64,000 nucleotides of DNA from Octopus sinensis (taxonomy: Eukaryota). Numbering within the stretch: position 1 is the first letter of the stretch; each line of letters starts with the position of its first letter. The notes below the pieces were generated by a model, which had not been told where the DNA came from, did not search any database, and saw only the letters and a program-made list of their open reading frames with translations. The translations under genes were made by a program, and so were the position numbers. This document shows positions 1 through 13,694 of the stretch, in pieces. Location: the NCBI RefSeq assembly GCF_006345805.1, contig NC_043024.1:16430001-16494000 (forward strand), given 5' to 3'.

Positions 1-862
1 CATTTTTAGTGAGTTATAGCAAAAAAAATAGCAAAAAATGCATTAAAAATGGAATAAAAAATGATGGTAATTTTTTTTTTAACCGTTGACTCATCGTAGA
101 CATTTTTAGAGAGTTACTTCCCTTATATAATAGCGAAAAATGCATTAAAATGGAATAAAAATTATGGTAATTTTTTTTTTTAATCGTAGACTCATCGTAG
201 ACGCGCGCTAATACCCAGAAGGGCTCGATATGAATCACGACTATAAGATACCCGGTTTTGGTTACACTGCACCGCAAAATGTGGGAGTAGTTAGGAATCT
301 AAATCGTAGGAGACAGACACACAACTTCAATTTTATATATAAAGATTTATGCAACAACTAAAACATTTGGTTGTGCAAATTGTTTGCACAGGAAACCTGC
401 CCTGTGTGGCGGTTTTTGCCGTTTTTGTGGATCTGTTTCAGCTTTTTTAGCGATCTCTGTTTTGGCGACTTCAAGCCATGAAATCGTTGTTCTAAAAGAA
501 CGCTGGTCTCCTTGACAACGCATTACAACGTTGATTTCCTTACACTCCCTTCACCACAGCTTTATGAGGGAGGGAAGAAGGGGGAGAAGCAACACAGGTG
601 CAGGCGTGAGCGTGGACGCCAACTCCGCCGCCATCGACACACGAAAAATTATGCATTAAAATGGAATAAAAAATGATGTTAAATTATTTTTAAAATCGTA
701 GACTCATCGTAGATGCGCGCTAATACCCAGACGGGCTCGATACGAATCACGACTATAAGATACCCGAATTTGGTTAAACTGCACCGCAAAATGTGGGAGT
801 AGTTAGGAATCTAAATCGAAGGGAACAGACACTCACACAACTACAGTTTTATATATATAGAT
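1..862 (+). mobile_element. 3' region of Helitron/Helentron-like non-autonomous element(s) with a duplicated ~215 bp terminal module
   Basis: Direct repeats at ~130-346 and ~647-862 end in ACAGACAC..ACAACT..TTTTATATAT..AGAT, resembling DINE-1/HINE 3' ends. An extra partial unit lies at 1-110. Confidence 0.45.
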
Positions 863-1002
863 ATATTTTCTATGTTATATTTTCTTTTTTTATGTTTTTG
901 TTTTTGGTTTTTCAATGTTTGATTTGCCTCTTAGTGGTTTTATCTCTAATTTAATTTATACAGATATATATCTCATTTGTATACATTTGTATATATAATG
1001 CG

Positions 1003-1038
<36 letters not shown>

Positions 1039-1871
1039 CACATATATATATATATAATGTGTGCATTACGTAGTCGGTCGATTCAGCTGAAAATATGCAC
1101 ACCTATGTTAAAGGTGCTGACAAGTTTGCATGACAACTATTTTTTTCCTCAAATGAAAGGCGTCACCTCTAGGACAAAATTCCTCATCTTATAAAATGTG
1201 GCCCCAGTAGACCCGAATGAAATCGGGTTATATTAACCAAAATGTGAAAAGGGGTCTAAATGGGGCTGGAAGGGGATTAAAATTTCAAGGAGCGGGTGTT
1301 TAGGAATTCTCTGTTACATCAAGATAAAAAATTTGCGCCAGCCTTTTAATCTTCAATGTGTTGCCGTCCATGATAAAGAAGTTTTGAATGCTTGCCATGG
1401 TGAGTCTACTGTCGTGAGAAAGAATCACTTCAAAAATTGGTGTTTACGAATTTTCTTTTACATCAAGTTCAAAATTTTACGCCAGCCGTTAAACTGTCAA
1501 TATGTTGCTGTGCGTCGTTAACAAATGCCAGCCATGGTGACTCTACTATCCTCAGATTCTATCCCTTCAAATTTTGGTTTCCAATATTTTATTATTTTTA
1601 TTTAGCTCGCAAGTTCATCTGTGCCTTTTAAATGTCAGCGTTTTGCTGTCTGCCTTCAAGCAGACCTTTCCATTGCCACTGCCTCATATTTCTGATTGAT
1701 CTTTCTAAATATTTTATTTCTCAACTTACTCAAGATCTTTTGTTGTTTATAAATGGGAGAGAGATAGATAAAGATAGTGAGTAAGAGAAAGCGAGGGAGA
1801 GTCCGAGAGAAAAGAAAAGTAAGAGAGTGGGAAAGTGAGAGAGAAAGGAGAGAGCAACAAAGAGGGAGAAT

Positions 1872-2185
1872 CATCATCATCATCATCATCGTTTAACGTC
1901 CGTTTTCCGTGCTAGCACGGGTTGGGCAGTGTGACCGGGGTCTCGGAAGCCAGGAGACTGCACCAGGCTCCAGTCTGATCTGGCAGTGTTTCTACAGGTG
2001 GATGACCTTCCTAACGCCAACCACTCTGTGAGTGTAGTGGGTGCTTTTTTCGTGCCGCCGGCACTGGTGCCAGGGGGGCTCGCAGTGGCGACGATCGGTT
2101 GGTGCTTTTTACGTGCCACCGGCACAGAACCAAGTCAAGGCGGTGCTGCAATCGGCCACGTTCGGATGGTGCTTTTTACGTGCTG
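1872..2185 (-). mobile_element. RTE 3'UTR-derived retroposon copy (5'-truncated)
   Basis: Reverse complement matches the 3' end of the RTE at ~50500-51020, including the (GAT)n tail. Confidence 0.85.
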
Positions 2186-2284
2186 AAAGGAAGCAACAGA
2201 AAGTAACAACCACACTCTTACCCGTGCGTAGAGCGGGTCCCCTTCAGCTAGTATTTATATAAATCTGAATGTGTGTATAAAGAT

Positions 2285-2375
2285 ATATATATATAGAGAG
2301 AGAGAGAGAGAAAGAGGGGGGGAAATAGATAGATGGGTAAATAAATAGATATAGAAATGCATACAAACATGTATA

Positions 2376-2421
<46 letters not shown>

Positions 2422-2916
2422 ATGTATGTATGTGTATATATATGTATGTGTGTGTATATATATATATATAGAGAGAGAGAGAGGGGGGAATAGATAGATG
2501 GATAGATAAAGAGATATAGAAATGCACACAAACATGTATATATATATATCTATATGTATGTGCATATATATATACACATATATATATATGTATGTACATA
2601 TATATATACACATATATATATATGTATGTACATATATATATACACATATATATATATGTATGTACATATATATATACACATATATATATATGTATATACA
2701 TATATATATACACATATATATATATGTATATACATATATATATATACACATATATATGTATATTACATATATATATATACACATAATATATATGTATATA
2801 TACATATATATACATATATATATATGTATATACATTATATATATACATATATATATATGTATATACATATATATATACACATATATATATATGTATATAC
2901 ATATATATATATACAC

Positions 2917-2947
<31 letters not shown>

Positions 2948-3283
2948 TACACATATATATATATGTATATACATATATATATATACACATATATATATAT
3001 GTATATACATATATATATACACATATATATATATGTATATACATATATATATATATACACATATATATATATGTATATACATATATATATATACACATAT
3101 ATATATATGTATATACATACATATATATATACACATATATATATATGTATATACATATATATATATACACATATATATATGTATATACATATATATATAT
3201 ACACATATATATATGTATTACATATATATATACACATATATATATATGTATATACATAATATATATACACATATATATATATG

Positions 3284-3317
<34 letters not shown>

Positions 3318-3352
3318 ACATATATATATATATATTACATATATATATATAT

Positions 3353-3401
<49 letters not shown>

Positions 3402-3468
3402 TATATATATATGTATATACATATATATATATACACATATTATATATGTATATATATATATATATATA

Positions 3469-3500
<32 letters not shown>

Positions 3501-3522
3501 CATACATAAATATATACATACA

Positions 3523-3558
<36 letters not shown>

Positions 3559-3620
3559 TACATACATATATATATACATACATATATATATACATACATA
3601 TATATATATAAAGCATAAAC
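2285..3620. repeat. Very long (TA)-rich compound micro/minisatellite
   Basis: Iterated TATATACACATATATATATATG-like units. It accounts for all the YI-repeat ORFs. Confidence 0.95.
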
Positions 3621-6009
3621 ATAAATATATGCATCGAATTTCATTTTTTTAATGAAAACAATCCTCCTTTGGATTCAAAATTTAATTATGATTTTAAATT
3701 TCTCTCACATTTAAAACACACAATGAAGCTTTATATATTAAATTACACCATACCACAGGTTTCTTGTCTCAGAAATAAATAAATAAATAAATATATATAT
3801 ATATACACATATTTACATATATACACACACATATCTACATATATATACATATACATACACATAAATACACACACAAATGCAGACACACAAATGTGTGTGC
3901 ACGCACACACATACACACACATGTATGTATACATTAGAATGTTTTTTTCTTCTTCAGAAACAAATCGCATCAACTTGAAGAAATTCAGTACAAAACAAAG
4001 TATCATGATCATACACTACTCTTTTCCCCACTCTCTGTGCATATATCATCATCATCATCATCGTCATCATCATTTAACGTCTGCTTTCCACACTGGCATG
4101 GGTTGGGCAGTCTGGCACAGAACTGGCAAGCTGCAGGGCTGTCTCGAGTTTCCTATGTCTGTTGTGGTGTTGTTTCTATGGCTGGATGCCCATCCTAACT
4201 CCTGTCAATTTTCAGAGTGTTATGAGGATTGTCTTTTTGTGCTACTGACACTAGTGAGGTTGCCATGAAACTTGCAAGATATAAAAGCACAGAGGAAAAG
4301 GAAAAGGGAAACCTCCCAAGTGGAAGTATTTAGGAGGGCAAGGTGGAGGTGAGTAGCTTTATGCCAGATGTTGAAAGGCAGGAGTACGATAAAGGGACAA
4401 GCACGGTTGTGTTACTATAGAGGAGGTATATGGCTGAAGGAGATAAGAGGAAGGTTGTGATGTGGGTGCTAGAGCACACTCTCAAGATACAAGAAGGTGA
4501 GGATAAGAGAAATTACAGACAGCGGATCACGGAAGAGAGGATGAGAGGGTGTGGATGCTTTCATGAGAGTGAGGAGACACACACATATATATGTGTGTAG
4601 GGGTGGAGGTGTAATCATCATCATCATAATCATCGTATAATGTCCATTTTCCATGCTAGCATGGGTTGGACAGTTCGACCAGGGTCTGGGAAGCCAGGAG
4701 GCTGCACTAGGCTCCAGTCTGATCTGGCAGTGTTTCCACAGCTGGATGCCTTTCCTAACACCAACCAGTCCGTGAGTGTAGTGGGTGCTTTTTACATGCC
4801 ACCGGCACGGACACCAGTCAAGGCGGCACTGGCATCGGCCACGTTCAGATGGTGCTTTTTACATACCACCAGCAAGGGTATCACAACTACAATTTCCATT
4901 TGATTTTTATTTTGTTGTTGATGTCCTTGACTCAATAGGCCTCCTCAAGCACAGCAGGTCACCCTACGATCCAAGGTAAGCACAGCCGGCCATATCAAAG
5001 AGAGAGAGGTAGAGAGACAAAGAAAGAGAGCATTAGATATATGCATACAAACCTACACACATCTTTTATCTTTTGCTTGTTTCAGTTATTTGACTGTGGC
5101 CATGCTGGGGCACAACCTTGAGGAATTTTCAGTCAAATGGATCGATGGTACTACTTTTCTTTAAGCCTGGTACTTATTTTATCACATTATTTATAGTTTA
5201 CACACACACACACACATATAATAGGAAGAAAACATGGAGAAACTAGTGTATAGACATCAATTTATTGGAACATATTCAATTCTGTACAAGATCAAATTCC
5301 ATTCTCCTAAAGCTGTTTCCATGCCCGATTAATTCAATTTGAGGAATTAAATTGAATAAATTAATTTAAATTTTCATATTGAATATCATTAATCGGGTAT
5401 TTCCTAAGGGGAAGAATCCGATAGAAAGGAGCTACACTCAATGTGTTGGTTGACCCTTAATAGAGTCAGATGTGTGTGCTTTAGCAACTAATGTATTTAT
5501 ATATGTGGTTATATACAACAATCTTTGTCTACCAAACCCACTCTCAAGGTCCTGGTCCTGCCCCTGGCTATAGTAGAAAACACTTGCTTAATGTATCAAG
5601 TAGTGAGACTTGAACCAGGAACATGTGGTTGGAAAGCAAATTTCTTACCACATCTGCACCTGAATATTTTTCGTTAAAAAATAACTAAAAAGAAAATGTC
5701 TGTGCGTCACATGCAAGAATTACTTTCATGTAAAATTATTTTTCTAAAAATTAACTATTTTCTAATTTTTTTTTTTTTGAAAAATAATGTTTTTTCACTT
5801 TTAGAGAAAAAGCTTTGTTTTTTTTTACCTTTATAGAAAAAAACAAATTGTGTTGTGACACCTGAAAATAAAGTTTTTGGAAACCAAAAAATATTGACTG
5901 ATTTTTTCATAGATAACATAAAGAAGAAAAAACTTATCCAAAAAGAAAACATATTTTTATAGATAAAGCAACTACATTAGGCTAAACAACAGCGTTCTGT
6001 GTGGTCACT

Positions 6010-6700
6010 TGGCCAGTTAGAAATAGGAGCTAAATATTTCTTACATTGTACTCAACTGTTTTAAAAAAAGAGGACATATTCGGTGATGTAATCAGAGATA
6101 TTTTATTTCTAAAAAGAAAGTATAAGGAATGGTCATAAGAGGAATGTCTTTGATTATATATGTAATGAACTATGTACTTTCCTTGATTATCTTTGACTTC
6201 CTTCCATCTATTTACAAGCTTTTTAATCTCATCAATATAAAATAAAACAAATGGCAGCCTGAAGGAGTAAGGTTGGGAGAATAAGGTGGATGAGGAATAT
6301 TTTCCCAACCAAGCTCTTCAATCTTCTGTGACGTGATCTTTGCAGTGTGGGGTCACACATTGTCCTAAAGGAACATCACTCCTTTTCGATTCACTAAAGC
6401 ATGTCTTTTTTTTCTTCAAAGCTTGGTTCAAACGCTCTAATTGCTGACATTAGACTTGAGCATTGATTTTTGCATTAGGTGGTAACAATTCAAAGTGAAT
6501 TACTCCTTTGCAATCCCCCCATATAGAGAGAAGAACCTTTTTTCTATGAAGTTCCCTTCTCGGTTGTGGTTGAGCTTTTTCCCTTTTACCAAGCCACTGT
6601 TTACAACATTTAACATTTCAATAGAACATCCATTTTTCATCACCAGTCACAAGTCTATCCAAAATGAGTTTGTGAGAATGGAGAATGGCTATGTTCTAGG
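6010..6700 (-). pseudogene. Decayed mariner transposase
   Basis: Manual minus-strand translation gives LDRLVTGDEKW, GVIHFELLPPNAKINAQV*CQQLERLNQALKKKRHALVNRKGVMF and GWENIPHPPYSP, with stops and frameshifts. Confidence 0.9.
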
Positions 6701-7821
6701 ATTTGAGTTTGTGTACATAAGTTGCTAAAGAGGTAGATAATTTAGGCGTTGGATTGGAGAATGAGATCATATGTGCTAGGGAGAAGCACTTGAAATCAAC
6801 AATGCTGCCAACGTAGACCCTTTCTTGCTGGGAGCATACATTTTTGCATTGACAGAGACCTCCAAGAAGGTAGTGTTGAGACACCTGGAAGTTCCAGGTT
6901 TTCCTGCTTGCACTGAGGGCTGGAACTGATTACTGGAAATGTCAGATTCGTATGGTTTGTTACCAGTGAAGAAGAATGTGAGGTATTATCAGTACCAGTG
7001 TTGGATTGGTAAGTGGTACCACCGCTGGTATATGTGGTCATATTGGTAGTATTATGGGAAGTAGCATTAAGGTTGGTATTATTGAGTCAGGTGGGGTTTC
7101 TAAGGGTTGCATTATTGCAATTAGCTGGGTTTGGATGGGGTTCAGTCGGATAGATCACTTAGGCATTGTGATATCAATAACCTGGTGTTAGAACTTAATA
7201 TACATAGGCTGCAGAATGAAGTGCCAGTCAAGTACAGAGCAGTAATAAGAAATTATAAGGACAAAAGAATAAACCTGTTATTCTTACAGCTGTTTCTGCT
7301 ACAAGATGCAATGCATTCATTACTGAATGCTTGTGTATGACCCTAAAGCTTCACTGGATCTTCAAAGAATGAAATGCAGTTTTATTTTGGATAACATTTA
7401 TGTTTAAATATATATGTAGAAAAGTATTATGAATGGAAAAGGCAATTTTCCCAAATAAATTTGCATTTCCTGTTTGAAGTTCTAATGATGCTATAAGGTG
7501 ATACTCAAGCATTCAACTATGAATGAATTGCATTTTATAAACGAAACAGCTGTAAGCTGATGAAGTTCTTACGATAATTGTTTATTCCCCCTTTGTTATC
7601 CCAATTATATATAGATATGTATATATTTGCCATGTTGGACCACTGAACTCAACACATTTTTTTCCATTCTCTCTCTGTTTATTTCCTCGTATTACTTTCT
7701 ATTGAAGAGCATAGGCTCGAAACGTAAAAAACTTTTTCATTTTCCTGAGTGTCAAACTAACACACTTGCTTGTTGTTCATACACTTGTCTTCCCCTTTTG
7801 TTTCTCTATAAATTTCAACCC

Positions 7822-8235
7822 TCATCATCATCATCATCATCGTTTAGCATCCGTTTTCCATGCTAGCATGGGTTGGACGGTTCAACCGGGGTCTGGGAAG
7901 CCAGAAGGCTGCACCAGGCCTAGTCTGATCTGGCAGTGTTTCTACTGCTGGATGCCCTTCCTAATGCCAACCACTCCATGAGTGTAGTGGGTGCTTTTTA
8001 CGTGCCACCCGCACAGGTGCCAGACAGAGCTGGCAAACGGCCACGAACGGATGGTGCTTTTTATGTGCCACCGGCACGGGGGCCAGGCGAGGTTGGCAAC
8101 GGACACGAACAGATGGTGCTTTTTACATGCCACCGGCACGAGGCCAGTCGGGGCGGCGCTGGCAACGGTCACGAACGGATGGTTCTCTTACATGCCACCG
8201 GCACTGGTAACACATCTACAATTTCCATTGATCGA
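7822..8235 (-). mobile_element. RTE 3'UTR-derived retroposon copy
   Basis: Same family as 1872-2185 and nearly identical to 25170-25590. Confidence 0.85.
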
Positions 8236-11200
8236 TTTCGATTATATATATATATGACAAAACAATAAAGTAGAGACTAGAGCCCAGTAAAATTAATCCA
8301 TAGAATAGAAGACAAGTAATGACAACTAGAATCAGAACTAAACAGAAAAGGTGTACAGAGTAGAATAAATGATTTTTTTCTCCCATGAGGCAGTAATAAT
8401 TTATTTCACTTTTGTACATAAGAAGAAGAATAAAAGGGTTTAGATTATAAGGAAACAACAGTAAAGATTAAACAGAGAACAAAACAAAAAAATGACAGAG
8501 TAAAAGATAAAAAAAAAATCTCAGTGAAACTAAGAAATTAATGAGTAAAGGAAAAAGAATCATGACTGAATCCGTTGCATATTTCCCCGGTCAGTTTCAC
8601 TGTATTCTGCAAGATTGGACAAAGGGCTATGAAACATTGACTGATTAACATGAAACCGTAGAAAGATAAAGCTGAGGATGGAGGAGGGAAAAGTCCAGGG
8701 GAGAAACAAAACACAAGTGGAAAGGGGGAAAAAATAGAAAAATAAAAGTAATGATAAAAAAAGAAAAAAAGCTGGAAAAAAAAATTATTAATGAAAATAA
8801 GTTGGAGAAAAGTTAAGTCTTTCTGTTATGTCTATGGTGAGTTTATTGCAAGACTGGACAGAGAGAAGAGAGAGAAAATTGATAATAGAGTGGACAACAA
8901 TGGCTCAAAGTATCTGAACTAATGACGGAAAATGAAGATCTGGATTTAGCTATCAAAAGATCAATGCCTGATCACAGAACCACCACCACTACCACAACCA
9001 CCACCACCACCACTACCACCACACAGAGACATGTACTCATAAACTTACATACATACACAAAATGCATGTGCACACATACACACACACACATACAAAATAT
9101 TAAGCAAATACCTTTTTTTTTTGATAGAACAAAATAATAAAGGAAGGAACATTTAATGATGGCCGCGGACTGAGGAATCAATGAGATTATTTAAAGAGGA
9201 GAAATGAAAGACAGAAGAGGGAAGACTGGAAAAAGAAGAGGAGGGATGAGAGACATGAGAAGAGGAAAGAGAGAGAAACGGAAGATGGGGGGGGCGATAA
9301 GAGAGAAAATTGAGGAGAGAGAAATTGACGCAAGCCACTGGAGATTAGAAAAATATAGAAGTTGAAAGAGAATGAAGGAGAAAATAGAAAGAGAAGAATG
9401 AGGAACAATGAGACCACCACCACCACCACCACTACCAACAACAACAACAACAACAACAACACTAGCAGCAAGAGTACAAACACCTGTAGCAACCAATGTT
9501 AACTACTACAACCACACCCACCTCAGCCAGCAGCACCACCACCACCTTTATTATCTGCCTGACCATCACCACCACCACCACCACCATCCTGATAACCAAT
9601 AATCACCATTCTATATTTTTCTCACACAAATCACAACTATAGTTTATTCTGGCATAAAACTATTAAATTACTTTATCAAACCTTGTAGACGTTTGTTCAC
9701 TGGTATTTTCTGGTGTTCTTCAAAATGTTTATAACATCCTCCTCCTCCTCATCATCATCATCATCATCTTCTTTTTCTTCTCCCCCCCCCTCTCCTCACC
9801 ACCTGATGTTTTTCTTTCAATTCTGTTTTCATTCGTCCACTAGTTTCAGTTACTAGACTCTGGCCATGCTATAGCAAAAAGCCCCTTTCAAACGCTCAAG
9901 TGATGCTTGCGCATGCACAATGGATGAAACCAGCAGAAGATACGAGATGAAGATGTGAAAATTGATCTCAAAATACTTGAACCTCAAGGAACAAACGACA
10001 ACAAACCCTGACCTCGTTGAAGCAAACCACATTCCCCACCCATAGAACAGAGCTTCTTTTTAATAGCCTTTTCGGAGACACAAAGAAAATCTATTCGCTT
10101 TTCAAGAGACAGCACAAGCTCATTTTCTTCATTGCCCTGGCTTCAATAAAACTGTCAGATAAAAAGAAAAATTTCCATGGCATATTTCCCCTACATTCTT
10201 TGTTTTGTTTACAGAATAGACAGGAGCTATCCCATACTCAAAATGTCTCTCTCGCTGGTAAGCAATATTTGCAAAGCTATTCATTGTATGCACTGTTCAT
10301 ATTTTGGTTATCTCCGATATCTATGTTTACATTATGCATATATTTGTTTCTCTATATTTTCTGAAATATCTTTGTCTGCACGTTTGGTTATCACTGATAT
10401 CAATTCTTGCATTCTTCTATTCGTTTGTTCTTTTATTCGTTTCAGTCAGTTGACTGCGGCCATGCTGGAGCACCACCTTTAGTCGAACAAATTGACTCCA
10501 GAGAGAGTGAACGATCGTGGAGCCGCAAAGCATGCAGCACCGTTGCAGGGACGTAAACACACCGACATCTGTTGTCAAGTGAGGGTAGCGGGGACAAACA
10601 CAGACACACACATGTATATACGTATATATATATGACGCGCTTCTTTCAGTTTCCATCTACAAAATCCACTCACAAGGCTTTGGTTGGCCTGAGGCTATTC
10701 TTTTACTTGTTTCAGTCATTTGACTGTGGCCATGCTGGAACACCACCTTTTAATCGAAGAAATCGCCCTTAGGACCATTTCTTTGTAATCCTGGTACTTA
10801 TTCTATTGGGATGTAAACACACCAACATTGGTTGTCAAGCGATGGGGTGGGGGTGACAAACACAGACACAAAGACACACATAAATATATACATATATATA
10901 CATACAAAGGGCTTCTTTTAGTTTCTGTCTACCAAATCCACTCACAAGGCTTTAGTCGGCCCAAGGCTATAGTAGAACACACTTACCCAAGGTGCCACAC
11001 ATTGGGACTGAACCCGGAACCGTGTAGTTGGTATCTATGTTTACATTATGCATATATCTGTTTCTCTATATTTTCTGAAACATCTTTGTCTGCATTTATT
11101 TTCTTAATTGTGTCTATTTGTTTAGCTGGCATCATGTTTCTTCTATGTTTACCTTAGTTCTTACGTTATGTGATTTTATTTCCACAATTCAAAACAATCT

Positions 11201-11475
11201 TTGGAGGTACATTTCCTTCTACCACCTTCATGCTTAGCATCTCTAACCACTAGCAGAGATGAAGAGGAAGCAGTCTTTAAAAATTAGATAATGAAAAACA
11301 TTTTATAATTAAATAAATGCCTAAAAGACATTTCTTCTGTTTCCCATGAAGTAATGAGGCAGGCATATAAAAATTCAAGAAGTTTTTGTAAATAATTCCA
11401 AAAGAAATATTTTCATTGAATAAATTTTGGTAAAATGTAAAAACACTATTAGAGTAAAGCAAATTATGTCTGACT

Positions 11476-11490
11476 GTCTCACCATGTTAC

Positions 11491-11524
<34 letters not shown>

Positions 11525-11654
11525 GTGGTGGTGATGATGGTGATGATGGTGATGATGATGATGATGATGGTGATGATGGTGATGATGATGATGTTGGTGA
11601 TGATGATGATGATGATGATGATGATGCTGATGATGGTGATGGTGGTGATGATGG

Positions 11655-11686
<32 letters not shown>

Positions 11687-11705
11687 GTGATGATGGTGAT
11701 GATGG

Positions 11706-11785
<80 letters not shown>

Positions 11786-11941
11786 GTGATGATGATGGTG
11801 ATGATGATGATGATGATGACGATGATGATGATGATGATGGCGATGATGGTGATGATGATGGTGATGATGGTGATGATGGTGGTGATGATGATGATGATGA
11901 TGATGACATTGATGACGACCATGACAACGATGACGATGATT
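11476..11941. repeat. (GAT/GGT)n microsatellite, ~465 bp
   Basis: Seen directly. It explains the poly-H, poly-M and poly-S ORFs. Confidence 0.97.
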
Positions 11942-11991
11942 TCCCAAAGTGTTTTTCATGTTTAAGTATTTAGATATAATTTACATCATCC

Positions 11992-12098
11992 ACCCATCTG
12001 CTTCCCCATCTACTTCCCCATCTGCTTCCCCATCTGCTTCCCCATCTGCTTCCCCATCTGCTTCCCCATCTGCTTCCTCATCTGCTTCCCCATCTTCC
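11992..12098. repeat. 12-bp minisatellite (CCATCTGCTTCC)n
   Basis: About 8 tandem copies. Confidence 0.9.
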
Positions 12099-12590
12099 TC
12101 AGGCAACTTCTGTTCTTTTTTTTTTCAAGTGTTTGCTTTGATAATATTTCAGAATATTATGGTTCTTGAGAGCAATGAGACGCAGCAATGGTGGAATGCC
12201 AGTCTACACATCTTACTTAAAGTGCAACCATTGAGGAGAGAGAAACGTTTCATTCCAATACGGGCAGGTGGGTTGGTGGCAGGAAGGAATAAGGAAGGCC
12301 ATTTTGAATTCTTTGAATTTAAAGATTTTTGTTTCAATTTCAAAAAGTAATCTTATTTTATTTTATTAATATCTTTTTTTATATATCAAATTTTGCAATC
12401 GGTTACAGGCCTACCAACCAATCAATCACTGATTCATCGCATTTAGGATGAGCAGAGTGACAAGGAAACATCTGTGAAACACTTCATTAAAAAATTAACA
12501 CAAGGTATGTCTATTTGAAAGCACCTGTTTGTTGCTTGATTAATTCTCACCAAAGTTTACATCACCTGATGATATACAATAATGAGAAAT

Positions 12591-12624
<34 letters not shown>

Positions 12625-12986
12625 GTGAAATAGAAAGATGAATAATCATGTAGTAGATTAATCAAAAGATTAGTAGCAAAAATCACAGCAGTAAACAGCA
12701 TATATAGAACAGTATACACACACACACACGTCTCTAAGTAGATTTTTTCTCGCCCCTTATAAAACATCCATTATTCCTTAAATAGTCAGAACTTTATTCT
12801 CGGTCACAAAGAACATCTATACACCCTCACCCACATGATTGACCGATGCCTGACCCGTTGAATTCTTCAGCCACCGGTTCTCAACATACACTGATAAACA
12901 GTTTCGCCATGGGCTCTTAGGAGCTTAGTTCGATTTGTTTTTGCTCCGCCTCTGTTCTGTTTTTGTTTTTCCAACGGATTTCCTTT

Positions 12987-13075
12987 TTTCTTCCTGAAGA
13001 GAAAGACACAATATGGTCCCATTATTCAATCGGATTTTGGTAATTTGTGCCTTTCGAAACACGTGTAGAATGAAA
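12987..13075 (+). ncRNA. Type I hammerhead ribozyme motif (family A, copy 1)
   Basis: CTGAAGA at 12994-13000. Stem II GAAAGACACAA/TTGTGCCTTTC pairs 10/11. GAAAC-ACGT-GTA gives a palindromic minimal stem III. Stem I TTTCTTC/GAA(T)GAAA. Confidence 0.75.
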
Positions 13076-13142
13076 TAAAACGATTTCTGTTCAATCTGCG
13101 TTCAGCTCCATTTCTTCAATTCACCAATAATGTTTTATATAT

Positions 13143-13175
<33 letters not shown>

Positions 13176-13552
13176 TATGTGAAATAGAAAGATGAATAAT
13201 CATGTAGTAGATTAATCAAAAGTTTAACCGATACCTTAGTAGCAAAAATCACAGCAGTAAACAGCATATATAGAACAGTATACACACACACACACGTCTC
13301 TAAGTAGATTTTTTCTCGCCCCTTATAAAACATCCATTATTCCTTAAATAGTCAGAACTTTATTCTCGGTCACAAAGAACATCTATACACCCTCACCCAC
13401 ATGATTGACCGATGCCTGACCCGTTGAATTCTTCAGCCACCGGTTCTCAACATACACTGATAAACAGTTTCGCCATGGGCTCTTAGGAGCTTAGTTCGAT
13501 TTGTTTTTGCTCCGCCTCTGTTCTGTTTTTGTTTTTCCAACGGATTTCCTTT

Positions 13553-13641
13553 TTTCTTCCTGAAGAGAAAGACACAATATGGTCCCATTATTCAATCGGA
13601 TTTTGGTAATTTGTGCCTTTCGAAACACGTGTAGAATGAAA
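13553..13641 (+). ncRNA. Type I hammerhead ribozyme motif (family A, copy 2)
   Basis: Identical motif: CTGAAGA at 13560, GAAAC at 13622, GTA at 13631-13633. Confidence 0.75.
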
Positions 13642-13694
13642 TAAAACGATTTCTGTTCAATCTGCGTTCAGCTCCATTTCTTCAATTCACCAAT

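Noticed and set aside
2248-3634. Long ORFs (up to 357 aa) rich in Y/I/H/C
   Set aside because: Translations of TA-rich microsatellite. The same applies to 11375-11965, 22411-22744, 23658-24132, 35033-35765 and 37826-38311.
6720-7200. N/T-rich minus-strand reading, possibly a LINE ORF1 start
   Set aside because: Multiple stops and no diagnostic motif I can confirm.
7695-7735. TTGAAGAGCATAGGCTCGAAACGTA (related minus-strand copy at ~31405-31445) as a hammerhead
   Set aside because: C3 is absent, stem III has no loop, and stems I and II do not pair properly. At most a PLE-derived relic.
8922-8990. Peptide ENEDLDLAIKRSMPD resembling a ubiquitin-interacting motif
   Set aside because: No polypyrimidine acceptor upstream and it runs into an (ACC)n microsatellite. 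Likely chance.
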